Source: Fibrobacterales bacterium | GTDB taxonomy: Bacteria; Fibrobacterota; Fibrobacteria; Fibrobacterales; JAOPTW01 | Assembly: GCA_051532035.1 (NCBI GenBank) | Contig: JAOPTW010000013.1 | Location: forward strand, 160,001 to 224,000 | Direction: 5' to 3' | Length of the DNA: 64,000 nt | Shown: one piece after another, positions 40,251 to 51,130 of the stretch | How positions within the stretch are numbered: the stretch's first letter is position 1 | Layout of the letters: every line of letters starts with the position of its first letter | Translations under genes and position numbers: made by a program | The notes under the pieces: generated by a model | The model's input: the letters and a program-made list of their open reading frames with translations, nothing else | Databases searched by the model: none | Told to the model about the DNA's origin: nothing

Positions 40251-41795
40251 TCAATTAAATGTTAAAGATTGTACACTTTTGAGCAATATTTGTTTTTGCT
40301 CCTCTGTTTCGTAAGTAATAACAACACTTACAGCAAAATGATCTTTTATCGTTGTATAGTACATCTGCTCGATTTCATTATTAATAACGGTAAGTTTTGC
40401 ATGTAGATAATAAAAATCTTGGTCATGAATTTTAACAAGGGGAAATTCTTCTGAAATTTGGTTATAATTTAATGCATTATCTTGAAGTAATTTTCGAGCA
40501 TGAAAGAGATAATCACTGCCTGTCTCAACCCCTGGGTTCGATGTCATGTTTTCTGACATAAGCACTAGGTTGGCATTAAAATCTGTAGGCGTACCTGGCT
40601 TATTTTCAAACAAAGTAATTAAGATTGCATTTAATGTTTGTTTAGAATCGAACATCGCCTTTACGTTACTACTATCAGGATACAATGATTTACCAGTTTT
40701 CAATAACGCTTTGTTATAGCTATCAGGAGGTACGTACCAGTCGGGGGGGACAACCATATTGAGTTTTAAATAACTATTCGAATATATAGAGTCATTGATA
40801 GTACCATACTCAACAAATTTTACATCCTTTTGGGAGTAGGTACTTATGAGCCTTTTAAAAGATTCTTCACCTCTAATAGGATCAAAATCAGGATCATTCT
40901 CTATGTGACTCCAATTTGTAAATCCTTGTTCCATTGCACGATCTAGATAAAATAGAGCGTTGTCAATATCATTTACCAGTGAATAATCACAAGCCAGATT
41001 ATAGAGCATGGTTTGCTGTTGAGGGTGTTTTTTAATACCCTTCAATAGTACATCGATACCCTTTGAATATTCTTTTTTATCATAATATATAGCTGCTTTC
41101 AATAGGAATGCATATTCAGAGTATGGATCAATCACTTTTGCGTTTACAACGTCTTGTAAGCTTTTTTCATACTTTTTTACCTTCAAGTTGACATGGCCAC
41201 GACTAATATAGCCATAGATATCCTGAGGGTTATTCCTGATTGCAGTATCACAATTGCTTATTGCTTTTTCATACTTATCTAATTTACTATACGATTCACA
41301 CAGGCCTCGATACCCTTCACTATTGGTGGAATCAATAGCAACACCCTGTGTATAATACAATACCGCAGAATCATAGTTATGCATAATCGCATACAATGCA
41401 CCTAATCGTAAATTTACATCAGCATTATCTTTAATGGTTTTAACTTGATAGAGCACCGAAAGGCATAATTCATATTCTTTCAGTTGAAAAAATGAATCCA
41501 CTTTCAAAAGAAGTGCTTTAATATTTTTTGAATTAATAACAAGGAGTTTATTTACGTACTTCAATGTTGAATCTATTTGGTATAAATTCGCCGACAATTG
41601 AGCCACTTTTAGCAGCATACCTTCATTTATTGGGTCACTGAGCAATGCTTCTTTATAATGAATCAGTGCTTCTTCTTTATTGGTATCTTCATGGTATTTA
41701 CCCATATTTTCATGATATGCTTCTTTAATTGTACCGCATGCAGAGAATAGAAATAGAGTTGATAAGGTAATCAGAAAGGCATTTATAGATTTCAT
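40251..41795 (-). CDS. TPR-repeat lipoprotein
   Basis: Lipobox FSAC, multiple TPRs, and YNLACDYS...A..YL..A...GF...I..DPDF terminal TPR motif. Confidence 0.88.
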   Translation of the reverse strand: MKSINAFLITLSTLFLFSACGTIKEAYHENMGKYHEDTNKEEALIHYKEALLSDPINEGMLLKVAQLSANLYQIDSTLKYVNKLLVINSKNIKALLLKVDSFFQLKEYELCLSVLYQVKTIKDNADVNLRLGALYAIMHNYDSAVLYYTQGVAIDSTNSEGYRGLCESYSKLDKYEKAISNCDTAIRNNPQDIYGYISRGHVNLKVKKYEKSLQDVVNAKVIDPYSEYAFLLKAAIYYDKKEYSKGIDVLLKGIKKHPQQQTMLYNLACDYSLVNDIDNALFYLDRAMEQGFTNWSHIENDPDFDPIRGEESFKRLISTYSQKDVKFVEYGTINDSIYSNSYLKLNMVVPPDWYVPPDSYNKALLKTGKSLYPDSSNVKAMFDSKQTLNAILITLFENKPGTPTDFNANLVLMSENMTSNPGVETGSDYLFHARKLLQDNALNYNQISEEFPLVKIHDQDFYYLHAKLTVINNEIEQMYYTTIKDHFAVSVVITYETEEQKQILLKSVQSLTFN

Positions 41796-42033
41796 GTTTA
41801 GGCTCTTTAAAACTGTTTGGAAGCAAATGTAGTAAAATGCTCCGCTCTGTTAATGTTCCCGTTAGCGAATAAAAGCGACGGCATATAGGATAATGCCTGA
41901 TTAAAAACAGGTTTATTTTGTCATTCCAATCTGTTAACCTATCTGAGGTTACACGCCTTCTGGTTAATTATCTCACTCACTTTAAATCAGGAAGAGAAAA
42001 ACGCTTTAGTATGTAATCCATATAGAAACAACC

Positions 42034-42612
42034 TTAAGCTTCAACGGTCACTTTTTCTGCGCCGGTATCAATACATTTGAAAAATAGTATCGCAAATAAC
42101 ACACTGGTTGCAAGATCAGTGAGTAACGACACTGGTAACAATATTACCGTAAACATAGTAATTCCAGTTATGATTGATAACACACCGATACTCTTCTTTA
42201 AACCGAAAAGAGCATCAGGTATTTTTAATACTTTAGCCCCCAATACACATATAACTGCCCCATTAACCATCATAAATATAATCATATACATCATCAGGCT
42301 TTCCTTAAGTTCAGCACTCAAAAAATCAATGTACAACATGAAAATTGATATAAAACTACACCCTATCAATATATTTATTGGTGTATTAAGTTCTTTAACA
42401 AAGAAATTTTTATTTAACAGCTCTTTGACGCGGAATAATAGCACAATACTACAGGCGGTATACAGAAACGACACACCGACATTTACATATGAGAACAAAG
42501 GATTACTTCCCCCCAATATTCCTGATACTAATGCTAGACCGAATGTTGGAATAGTTAAAAATGCTGTTACTATAGCTATCCAGCCAGTGAGTCTTAAATT
42601 TGAATTATTCAT
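42034..42612 (-). CDS. Hypothetical polytopic membrane protein
   Basis: Five to six hydrophobic segments; SD AAGGA upstream. Confidence 0.75.
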   Translation of the reverse strand: MNNSNLRLTGWIAIVTAFLTIPTFGLALVSGILGGSNPLFSYVNVGVSFLYTACSIVLLFRVKELLNKNFFVKELNTPINILIGCSFISIFMLYIDFLSAELKESLMMYMIIFMMVNGAVICVLGAKVLKIPDALFGLKKSIGVLSIITGITMFTVILLPVSLLTDLATSVLFAILFFKCIDTGAEKVTVEA

Positions 42613-42736
42613 GAGGTGTCCTTCTTATGGTTTTTAATTATTTACTAACAGGCAGTAATATTATTTTTAAGTCATCAGTAGAAATACCTAGAGCGCTCTA
42701 CTGATTTAGACAAATGTTTAAGGGAGCATAACACGT

Positions 42737-43591
42737 TCACTTAATATGTGTTTTAATTGCTTCAACAAAAGAGATATCTTTATCGTCAGTTGTAGATAAG
42801 GAAATCTGTATCCAACGGTCGACGTCATTGGTCGAAATTTTGTAAATACTTGACGCTAACAATCCACCTTTTTCTATAAGATCTACAGATGTTATTTCAT
42901 TTAAGAAAAGAGAGTATAAGACAATCTCGCCATCATCATCAGTTAAATAGTATTTCACTTTTGTGTTTGTAAGAATAAAGCCACTTTCAAGAATTGAAGA
43001 AAAACCCTCAGAATAAAAATATTGAATAGTTTCCTTTTCTGATATAAGGCCGTTAGAAATCAAAAGCTCAATATCACTTTTGTGCATTTCCTCACCATTT
43101 TGAACTTCGGTATCTGGCATTATACTTGTAGTAGTCAACAATCCAACTCCCATAACTAACAATAGTACTATTGCAAAAAAACTTACTAACACCATTACTA
43201 ATCTTGGCACTTTCTTATAATTTGGATTTTCAAGTAATTCTAACCTATGATATACAATACTACCCTTGATCGCTTTTGCATAAAAATAAATGAATATGAG
43301 TCCAGTGATAGCTCCAGAAAATCTATTGGTTTCAATTCCAATATATATTTTAGAAATAATGAAATAAATCAATATTACAAATGCAGCTAACCTTGATTTT
43401 TTATGCATTCCAAAAGCACATAAATATATAAGGAATACATCAAAGAAAACGATAGGATCATTCCAAACCTTAAATTCCCCTTGGCTATCATTAAGAATTG
43501 AAAAAATGAGTACCGCAAGAGTTATTGTCCCAGATATTACTGCGGCGATTGCCCCACTTTTAGTCGCTTTTATTGCTTCGTGTCTATTCAA
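42737..43591 (-). CDS. Hypothetical membrane protein with C-terminal soluble (possibly PH-like) domain
   Basis: Several N-terminal TM helices; soluble tail with GFILTNTKV; SD AAGGA. Confidence 0.75.
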   Translation of the reverse strand: MNRHEAIKATKSGAIAAVISGTITLAVLIFSILNDSQGEFKVWNDPIVFFDVFLIYLCAFGMHKKSRLAAFVILIYFIISKIYIGIETNRFSGAITGLIFIYFYAKAIKGSIVYHRLELLENPNYKKVPRLVMVLVSFFAIVLLLVMGVGLLTTTSIMPDTEVQNGEEMHKSDIELLISNGLISEKETIQYFYSEGFSSILESGFILTNTKVKYYLTDDDGEIVLYSLFLNEITSVDLIEKGGLLASSIYKISTNDVDRWIQISLSTTDDKDISFVEAIKTHIK

Positions 43592-44028
43592 TTAATTTCC
43601 TTTTTAGTGGCACAACTCATTTTTCATTATAATTACTATCACCGATTGAGCCCAACTACAAATGTATGGGTTTAATTCTTCCATACATAAACATCATCTT
43701 TTCAATTTCTGTAGATTCGTGATATTTACACCTACACCTTGGAGTAAATATAGATCTTACTCAATGATCGTCAAAAGATTTAAGGCTCGTAACGCTAACA
43801 GATACTATTTCAAGCTTACTGTACGTAAGCATAGAGAGATGCGAGAAGGCAACCCTGTAGGCACCATTCAGATATACCACATCGCCATTGTATTTAGAGG
43901 AGCCATAAAAGCAAATTGAACATATGTAAAATCAAATTCCTACATTTATCCATGAACCCATGTATCTACTATTCCTATTGGTGACCCTATCAATGATTTA
44001 ACCCATGTAAATACACTTATTTAATACT

Positions 44029-45264
44029 ATGAAAAACTTACCATTGTTACTCCTGCTCTCTGCACTACTCATTCCATCCGCCTCCTTTGGTGGTATAAAC
44101 GATCTGTTGGTGGAATATAAATCAGACCTTCTCATTCGATTATATACAGCGTATCATCATCAGTATAGTCATGAGATTATAAAGGCCTATAATGCCAACA
44201 AGGATATAACCCCAAACAGTGAAGCGTATCGTCAACTCTCTATTATTCATAACCAAGCAAAGGCGCATCCTTACATCCCCCATTGGCCAGCTATTGATTC
44301 TCTGCTCTCTAATGACACTACTTATTCCCTTCCAGACTCGGTAGCTGCATCCCCGATGAGCAATAGTAAGGAACTCAATCAATTTGTACTCGATAGAATC
44401 AAGAGAGTATATAAAAAAACCGAAGTTGTGCGGTCGGCACCTGTAGATTCATCCAATATCACCGTGGCTTTTCCATCGTATACAAAGCCCTATTCAGTGA
44501 GCTTATATAACAAGTATAATCTTAAGCCTGCAGACACTGTATTCGTAGATATAGGAAGGGGCACCCATGTTTCTGCCGTAATAGACTCATTATATACCGT
44601 TACCAATCATCAAAGCTGGCCCTTTGCACTCTGTAGAATACTCAATTCAGACACAGCTAACTATAAGCCCCAAAGGAGGGAGCTTTTTCTTGCTACCACT
44701 CAGAATAACGCTACGATAACCCCTATTACAGAGAGCCTTGATTTTAAAGGAAAGGACTCTGCGTTAGATTCTCTCTATACAGTAATAGACTCTGTATTCA
44801 TCACAACGCTTCAAGATCAAATAGACTTTGTACAGTATATTCCACTCACCAAACCGATTAGAGACTCACTTATTTCTATGAATATAAACTCTATATCACG
44901 GAACTATACCATTGATAGATATACAGTGTCTAACACAAAGCTGTATCGAATAATGACTGTTTATAAATACCAGAATAAACCCATCATGGCTATACAATCA
45001 GAGTGCATTCTAAGTGGTACTCAATTTTCATTACAATCACACACTTCTGACCTCAATGTATCACCTTCACGTGAGGCAGAGTTTTACGGAATGAGACAAG
45101 CGACTGATATGTACTCTTATTATATTTTTGATGTTAACCGGGATGGTTTCCCGGAGTGGGCGTACTCCTTTTCTGCATGGGAATCAGGAGGCTATACTGT
45201 CTTTAATTTTAAGGCGCTGAATAGCACACCTTCTTCTTTTACGCTGTATCATGATGGGATATAG
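44029..45264 (+). CDS. Secreted hypothetical protein
   Basis: Signal peptide; a DVNRDGFPE (DxxxDG Ca-binding-like) motif near the C-terminus. Confidence 0.75.
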   Translation: MKNLPLLLLLSALLIPSASFGGINDLLVEYKSDLLIRLYTAYHHQYSHEIIKAYNANKDITPNSEAYRQLSIIHNQAKAHPYIPHWPAIDSLLSNDTTYSLPDSVAASPMSNSKELNQFVLDRIKRVYKKTEVVRSAPVDSSNITVAFPSYTKPYSVSLYNKYNLKPADTVFVDIGRGTHVSAVIDSLYTVTNHQSWPFALCRILNSDTANYKPQRRELFLATTQNNATITPITESLDFKGKDSALDSLYTVIDSVFITTLQDQIDFVQYIPLTKPIRDSLISMNINSISRNYTIDRYTVSNTKLYRIMTVYKYQNKPIMAIQSECILSGTQFSLQSHTSDLNVSPSREAEFYGMRQATDMYSYYIFDVNRDGFPEWAYSFSAWESGGYTVFNFKALNSTPSSFTLYHDGI

Positions 45265-45302
45265 GGTTATGGTTCGGTTACCTCATATGTACAGTAACTC
45301 AA

Positions 45303-45848
45303 TTAACGAACCTGCAGTAACACTTGCACGAGAGGTTTTTCATTAAATAGAGTCGCTTTTGCTATTGTAGTAGAAACATTTCTTTTTTCTAACATATGTT
45401 TCATTGCACCACACAATACACGGCTGAAATACCCGATTATCTTACCGTTCCATTGTATTGAAACTGCATCACAATCTGAGTCATTATCAGGCTCTGCTAC
45501 TAGAGAGGCTTCATCACCAATAACGATTTAGTCAAATACATCATTGGATATATTATGGTGAACCCCAACAACATCGGCAAGATAATCAAAAGGTATAGGA
45601 GCATCAAAAAGATTTGGTATAAAGCCAAAGCCATCAGTATTACCAATGAGTGTATCAAACAAGACCATATCAGCAATCCACCGCTCCGAATTATCAAGTA
45701 ACGTTTGTTTTTGCCTAAAGTATGTACATATTTTTAAGAGATCTTCATAATTGTGGTGTGAGCCTCTCACATCATCGAAATCTTCAATTATTCGTTTAAA
45801 AAAGGGCTCTGCATGCATAAATCGTTCGGTACGAGGGTCGAAAACCAT
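45303..45848 (-). pseudogene. Deletion-fused remnant of a HipA-like kinase gene and a HIRAN-domain gene
   Basis: LFDTLIGNTD is a HipA-like motif cut before RH..N and joined to GFGFIP.... After an in-frame TAA at 45528-45530 it reads GDEASLVAEPDNDSDCDAVSIQWNGKIIGYFSR (HIRAN EPxNxxDxxA..IGY..R) to TAA at 45303. Confidence 0.7.
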
Positions 45849-45864
45849 TCCAGTATCGCCCCAT

Positions 45865-46020
45865 TTACACTCCCTGCCCCGGCAACTGACCCATCACCGT
45901 CAGCATATCAAACACCACCTGAGCAAAGTCCTTGGACTTCTGAGAATCCCCCAACAATTGCATCATCTGATTAGAGTGCGCCTCTCCGCTATCCATAATG
46001 GCTTATTCGAGTGCTTTGGT
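45865..46020 (-). pseudogene. C-terminal remnant resembling a type I restriction enzyme R subunit
   Basis: Manual translation KALE*AIMDSGEAHSNQMMQLLGDSQKSKDFAQVVFDML resembles HsdR C-termini from memory. It has an internal stop and is locally GC-richer. Confidence 0.55.
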
Positions 46021-46260
46021 GTAGTTCCTGAAGCTGACAACATATCCAGGGTAATGGCAAGACTGGCATCCTCTAATATTGTTTGAGGTTTAATTAAAAT
46101 GATTTTTGGAGCATCGTTGACTGCTTTAATTTCGACAGTCATGACTACAGAATCTAATAATCAGACCAACAAGAGCATCTTATAAGTATTGCAAAATTTC
46201 TGTGCCTTTTTCTACATATTGTTACATAAGTATATTTAAACTAATAAGAAATAATTGACT

Positions 46261-48171
46261 ATGAAATCTTATATACTCTTAACGCTACTAATCATTTCTT
46301 GTGTATTTGACAAAAAACCTTTAGACCCAAACTCAATGACCAATTTTGATGAAAATTATTTAGAAACCATCACGGATGTACGTGATAACCAAACCTATAG
46401 AATTGTTACCATCGGTAGTCAGACTTGGATGGCTGAAAATCTAAACTATACAACAGAACACTCTTCTTATTGCTGGGAAAACCTCTATGCGGAGTGTATA
46501 ATTCATGGGCGACTCTATGAAGTCAAGAAGGAGTTTGGATTCGATATAGAATTTGATCGTGACTCTGCTATGACAAATCAAAAATACGCATTACAGAGAA
46601 TCTGTCCAAGCGGTTGGAGAATTCCGAGTTCTAAAGACTTTCTTATGTTAGAAACATTTGTTGCGGAGGAAAATGACCTCGATAAATTTGATGGAAAAAG
46701 TAATGTTAAATATGCAAACGTAGCTCCATACCTCAAATCTAAACATATGTGGGCTGGATCTGGAAATGATATGTATCAGTTTAATGCGATGCCCAGCGGC
46801 ACAATGGAAGGACACAATGCTTTCACTGGAAGGCACCAGAGTTCAAGATATGGTGATAAGACTTATTTTTGGACTACTACCCAAGCTGGCAATTCTGAAG
46901 AGTATCAATCTATCCAACTAGCTTCTGGCCTGAATAGTCTAGGACAGTCAAATATGGATATCGAATCCAATGTATCAGAGAACGGCTACAGCGTTCGCTG
47001 CATACAAGATGATGGTTTTGTTTTCCAACTAAATATCGATGAGTATACATTAAACCTTCCCGAAATACCAGGGCTTGATGAGTACACCAGTACCATTTCA
47101 ATTGATGATTTGGATGACGCTCATTGGGTTAATCTTGCAAACACACCTCAATTCTCAGATTTATCAAAATCAGGTGTCACGCTCTATCAAGCTTCGGGGA
47201 CAAACGGAAATACCCTACTCACATTCAATGAGTATACAGAAAGTATCGCATATGTGGGTTCACATACTAATAGTAAAGTATTCCAATTGGTTGGAACTGA
47301 ATGGCATGAAATTGACCTCACCCGCATAAAAAAGTTTGATGGTCACTTAAGCTTTAAACACTTAGCACTCTCTCCTAAAAACAAACTCTATGGTTTAAGA
47401 GAAGTTACAAATGGCTACACTAGAGCCTCAGAAATTAGTGTTATGGTTCTCAATAACAACATATGGCAATTTGTTGGTAATCAGAACTTAACAAAAGAGT
47501 ATTCCTATTTTGAATCCCACTTGCTTTTCACCCCAGACGGCACTCCCTATGTGTTTGCAGATGAAGGCCCAGGAGATGCCCCTTCGAGCGACATTACTGC
47601 GTATCGTGTATACACCTTGGTTAAAAACAACTGGGAACTCATACATGAAACTGAAAATAAAGTTGACGAACCATTTTTTCTGGGACTCAATTCGAAACTC
47701 TATGATATTGAATACCATGATAGTCGAACAAAATCAATCCTATACAACATCAGTGATGACAACAATGATTACCCTATATTTGATGGTGTTATAATTTCAG
47801 CGGCAGTAGGTGCTAATGGAATCCCCTTTATAGCAGCAAGGGTAACACATGACAATCCTATACAGCTTTATACCCTGTCAGATAATAAATGGACTAAATT
47901 TAGCGATCTCAGCTTTGAGTACTCCATAGGTAATAAACTGGTACTTACAACTGAGGGGGAGCTCATGTTTGCACGGTGTGAAGACACTGTTGAACTCTAT
48001 GTTTTTAACACAACTTCACTTCAGCTCATCTATGAAAGAGTGGTTGACACTGGTTGCGGTGATTTTTGGTCTTTTGAATTTGAAGTAACTAGCGGTGGCA
48101 ACCCGATAATAGGCATAAAGAATAATGAGATTTACAAATCAATCTATTTAAAAGGGTTATTTGTTGAGTAA
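46261..48171 (+). CDS. Lipoprotein with N-terminal FISUMP domain and C-terminal beta-propeller-like region
   Basis: Probable ATG at 46261; lipobox IISC; DVRDNQTYRIVTIGSQTWMAENL, CPSGWRIP and SVRCIQD; C-terminal repeats ending in W. Confidence 0.85.
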   Translation: MKSYILLTLLIISCVFDKKPLDPNSMTNFDENYLETITDVRDNQTYRIVTIGSQTWMAENLNYTTEHSSYCWENLYAECIIHGRLYEVKKEFGFDIEFDRDSAMTNQKYALQRICPSGWRIPSSKDFLMLETFVAEENDLDKFDGKSNVKYANVAPYLKSKHMWAGSGNDMYQFNAMPSGTMEGHNAFTGRHQSSRYGDKTYFWTTTQAGNSEEYQSIQLASGLNSLGQSNMDIESNVSENGYSVRCIQDDGFVFQLNIDEYTLNLPEIPGLDEYTSTISIDDLDDAHWVNLANTPQFSDLSKSGVTLYQASGTNGNTLLTFNEYTESIAYVGSHTNSKVFQLVGTEWHEIDLTRIKKFDGHLSFKHLALSPKNKLYGLREVTNGYTRASEISVMVLNNNIWQFVGNQNLTKEYSYFESHLLFTPDGTPYVFADEGPGDAPSSDITAYRVYTLVKNNWELIHETENKVDEPFFLGLNSKLYDIEYHDSRTKSILYNISDDNNDYPIFDGVIISAAVGANGIPFIAARVTHDNPIQLYTLSDNKWTKFSDLSFEYSIGNKLVLTTEGELMFARCEDTVELYVFNTTSLQLIYERVVDTGCGDFWSFEFEVTSGGNPIIGIKNNEIYKSIYLKGLFVE

Positions 48172-48374
48172 TCTCAGATCAAAATTTCTGGATCATATTA
48201 CTACACTCTGACTATGATTGTAGATTCCGTTGGCTCATATGTTCAGCCACTATAATTAGTTCGCGTGTATACCGCTCGGGACGATTGGAACAACGAGTGA
48301 CAATCCTGTCCGCTAAATAATCAAGTTTTAACACAGTTTGCCCAATGTTAAATATAAGCCTTTTATGAAGATTC

Positions 48375-48680
48375 CTAGGTCTCAGAATAGTCTATACCTA
48401 GATTCTTTAATACATCTATCCAGTCTTCATTTGCCAGACCAGTTTTTATTAAAAGATCTCGCCAATCTTTGTAATATTCTAAAGTTTTGTGAAGTTCAGA
48501 AATGTCACCCTTTGAGTTTAGTAAATGTGCCATAAAAACTCTTGTGGGCGGTCCCGAGTTAGGTGACCACATTTCACAATTCTCGAAAAGTTCCTCAACG
48601 CCTTGAATATAGCTCGGGAACGTTTACCTAATTTCTGATCTTACAGATGGGGTGAGCAAATATTTCATCTAGCTTGTAAC
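48375..48680 (-). pseudogene. Probable decayed gene fragment
   Basis: The 65-aa ORF extends upstream in frame (IQGVEELFENCE) and then shifts frame. It lies directly behind the same leader element as gene 51131-51547. Confidence 0.35.
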
Positions 48681-48993
48681 TAACTCTTATTAAAAAGATG
48701 GTTGATTTCTAACAAACAATCTAGCTAATTCCCACTGAAGCATTACCCTTCCCTGGCTCTGATTACTCATTCTGATTAAACTATCCCCATCCTCAAAAGA
48801 CACCACCATAGAGAGGCATTACAGCACCTCCTTTATAATACACATATTGAGAACATCACACATATCCGTGATCAGGTCATCACACTCCTGCATAGTGTCG
48901 TTAAACTGATTCAGGAGTGATGAGTCAAGTAAAACAAATTAGGGAAAATCAATGTTTGTTACTGGATTTGGGGGAAGCATATCGATGTTATTT
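48681..48993. repeat. Intergenic repeat family A, longest copy
   Basis: The left part (AATCTAGCTAATTCCCACTGAA..ACCCTTCC..CTGATTAAACTATC..TATCCGTGATCAGGTCAT) recurs at 51549-51665 and 61626-61805. The right part (GATTCAGGAGTGA..AGTCAAGTAAAAC..TTACT..GG..CATAT.GATGTTA) recurs at 50475-50558, 52194-52257 and 61045-61090. Confidence 0.85.
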
Positions 48994-48994
48994 T

Positions 48995-49450
48995 TTAAAT
49001 CCCTACGCCAACCTCTATCAAAAAAAGATTAGATTGATTCTTTATACCTCGTTGGTATTCAATTTTCCCAATGAAGATCATTTCTGAGACTCTAAAGCCA
49101 ACTCCCCAGATCTGCCCTTTTTCAGTAAACAAAAAATCTACCCAGTTTATCCCATACAATGCATATATAGATTTATAGCTAAAACCTTTGCCTTGGTCTT
49201 TTCCCCATATAAAGCCAGTTGAAATATCCCAAGAGGTTAGTCCTATTGAATTTAAAATAGAAAGGTTTTTCGAAACCCCTGTGGCACTGTCTGTGCTGAT
49301 ATTGTAAAAAGGCTCGTGTCGATTCCAATCATATAACATTGGAAGTCCAATATCTAGCGCAACAATATCTTTTGATGATACATTTATACTCATTTGCGAG
49401 TGACATAGATTCGCGAATATTAATAGTATGGCCAAATGAATATGGCGCAT
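48995..49450 (-). CDS. Secreted or outer-membrane hypothetical protein
   Basis: Signal peptide, beta-rich, ends IEVGVGI. Confidence 0.7.
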   Translation of the reverse strand: MRHIHLAILLIFANLCHSQMSINVSSKDIVALDIGLPMLYDWNRHEPFYNISTDSATGVSKNLSILNSIGLTSWDISTGFIWGKDQGKGFSYKSIYALYGINWVDFLFTEKGQIWGVGFRVSEMIFIGKIEYQRGIKNQSNLFLIEVGVGI

Positions 49451-49468
49451 TTGTGTCCGGGGTTCAAA

Positions 49469-49519
49469 ATATAACGATTGACTTAAAAGTCTAAAAGAAC
49501 AATTTGTCCTATGTTAAAG
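49469..49519 (-). repeat. attC-like element, family B (degenerate)
   Basis: On the minus strand: CTTTAAC (overlapping the TAA stop)...GTTCTTTTAG..TTAAGTCAA..GTTATAT. It shares its core with 51058-51113. Confidence 0.5.
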
Positions 49520-50182
49520 TTCATAATGTGGTAAATCAACAGGTTCTAGATTTAAAATATCATTGAGTTTTCTGATAGCACTTCTAGTAGAAGAAAAGAT
49601 GTCTAGATTTTTTATCTGAAGCGCAGAAAGCCGTGTACTAAGTATTGTCTTCAGTGTATTTGTTTGGGAGGCATTTATGGATAATACAATTTTTCCATTA
49701 CCTTGCCTTGGCTTGATAATAAGAGTTACAACACCATAAATAGTTGATTTGAACAAAGAAAGAGTCTTGTTAGAGCGCTTAAAATACCCAGACAGGAATT
49801 TTTTAGCTTTAAGGTTATTCTTATTTGAATTCAGGTACATGATTGCTTGAATTGTAGTTTTGTATAGCAAATCGAGCATTTCAAAATTATCTTCAACAAT
49901 TTTAACGATCATATCGTTGTCTTCATCTTCATATTCCTTGAAGGAGCCTGCCACAGTTCCCATGTAGAGATCTGCAAGCTTACGTAGCTTTTTCTTAATT
50001 AATTTGTAGTCATATGAATTATCTGAAAAACTCTTTAATTCAGAAATAGATGAATCGATTTGTATAAGATTCGAAGTATAGGTTTTAGCAAAACTAAAAT
50101 TAACTGAATTTATTGAATCTTCTGTGGGCGTTGATGAAAATAGGTAGCTCGATAATGTTAAAACTAAAAAGATAATTCTCAT
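49514..50182 (-). CDS. Secreted hypothetical protein, helical
   Basis: Signal peptide, SD AAGGGA, AT-rich ORF. Confidence 0.7.
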   Translation of the reverse strand: MRIIFLVLTLSSYLFSSTPTEDSINSVNFSFAKTYTSNLIQIDSSISELKSFSDNSYDYKLIKKKLRKLADLYMGTVAGSFKEYEDEDNDMIVKIVEDNFEMLDLLYKTTIQAIMYLNSNKNNLKAKKFLSGYFKRSNKTLSLFKSTIYGVVTLIIKPRQGNGKIVLSINASQTNTLKTILSTRLSALQIKNLDIFSSTRSAIRKLNDILNLEPVDLPHYEL

Positions 50183-50474
50183 TCTAATGTCCCTTTAAAT
50201 ATAGTGAGTAAATGTTTCAATTTTGAGTGCTAACGAGGCTGTAGAATAACCCAAAATTTGAGTCAGGATTCATCTCAGCCGAGTATAAGTTAATAGTAAA
50301 TAGCAAGATGCAAAATATTATTGAATACGTAATGCAATTTATTGATTTTTGGTTCTCATCAAATACCCTCTTTGTGCGTCATAACAAGCCTCACTCCGGT
50401 GTTTCTAGGGTATATCATCAGATGTTTCTGCAGAGCCATATGAGAATAGGTTACCGATGCAGGGAGTACTGTGA

Positions 50475-50558
50475 GATTCAGGAGTGAGAAGTCAAGTAAA
50501 ACAATTTGAGGTGAATCATTATATTTTACTTGACTTGGGGGGCATATAGATGTTATAC
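50475..50558. repeat. Repeat family A right end with a perfect 13-bp inverted repeat
   Basis: AAGTCAAGTAAAA (50489-50501) and TTTTACTTGACTT (50524-50536); ends GTTATAC 12 bp from the stop of 50571-51011. Confidence 0.8.
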
Positions 50559-50570
50559 GTCTGTTTCCGA

Positions 50571-51011
50571 CTACGGATTACCTAAAATTATTATTGGGCT
50601 AGATCCTGGGAATTGCATTAGGGTCACTCCCTTATATTTATTATGCTTCCAAAAACTCTTACTGTCATTAGTTGAACTAGGCTTCCCTAAACTCTCAGCA
50701 ATTTCCCCTAATAGGTCTTTAAAGCTAGTAGTAGTATCAGTTGGCGATAGTTGGATTACAATTAGTCTGGAATCATTTTCAAAACTATAATATATGTTGC
50801 TGAAATGTATTCCAAATTCATTAATTGTTTCACCTAATATAGAACAATTGGAGATATTATCTCTTTCTTCACATTTCATGTTTAAACCAGTGGGAATACT
50901 TGAGCCCCACCCTAAATTATGAAACAGAGTTTTGGACATAGGATTTACCGGTTGTTGATCGTTGCAGCCTATGACTGTTAGTATAAGTGCAAGAAAGAAT
51001 AGCTTATTCAT
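50571..51011 (-). CDS. Hypothetical lipoprotein
   Basis: Lipobox VIGC; SD AAGGGA. Confidence 0.75.
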   Translation of the reverse strand: MNKLFFLALILTVIGCNDQQPVNPMSKTLFHNLGWGSSIPTGLNMKCEERDNISNCSILGETINEFGIHFSNIYYSFENDSRLIVIQLSPTDTTTSFKDLLGEIAESLGKPSSTNDSKSFWKHNKYKGVTLMQFPGSSPIIILGNP

Positions 51012-51057
51012 ATTTTTTCCCTTTGAGGCAATGGTTCATTAGAGACACGATATATTT

Positions 51058-51113
51058 ACTTAACAATCATCATAGTTCTTGACTTAAGTGGCTAAAAGAA
51101 CGTTTTGTTATAC
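51058..51113 (-). repeat. attC-like element, family B
   Basis: Minus strand GTATAAC-AAAAC-GTTCTTTT-AGCCACTTAAGT-CAAGAAC-TATGATGATT-GTTAAGT, 56 bp, with an R''/L''/L'/R'-like layout. Confidence 0.55.
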
Positions 51114-51130
51114 ACTGTTTCTGTGCGGCG

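Noticed and set aside
42077..42637. 186-aa plus-strand ORF
   Set aside because: Asn/Ile-rich mirror of the minus-strand membrane protein gene.
43662..43919. 85-aa ORF in the 43.6-44.0 kb gap
   Set aside because: No SD or recognisable motif; may be decayed DNA, but I cannot support a call.
45751..46086. 111-aa plus-strand ORF
   Set aside because: Antisense to the HsdR-like and HipA-like remnants, which explain the sequence better.
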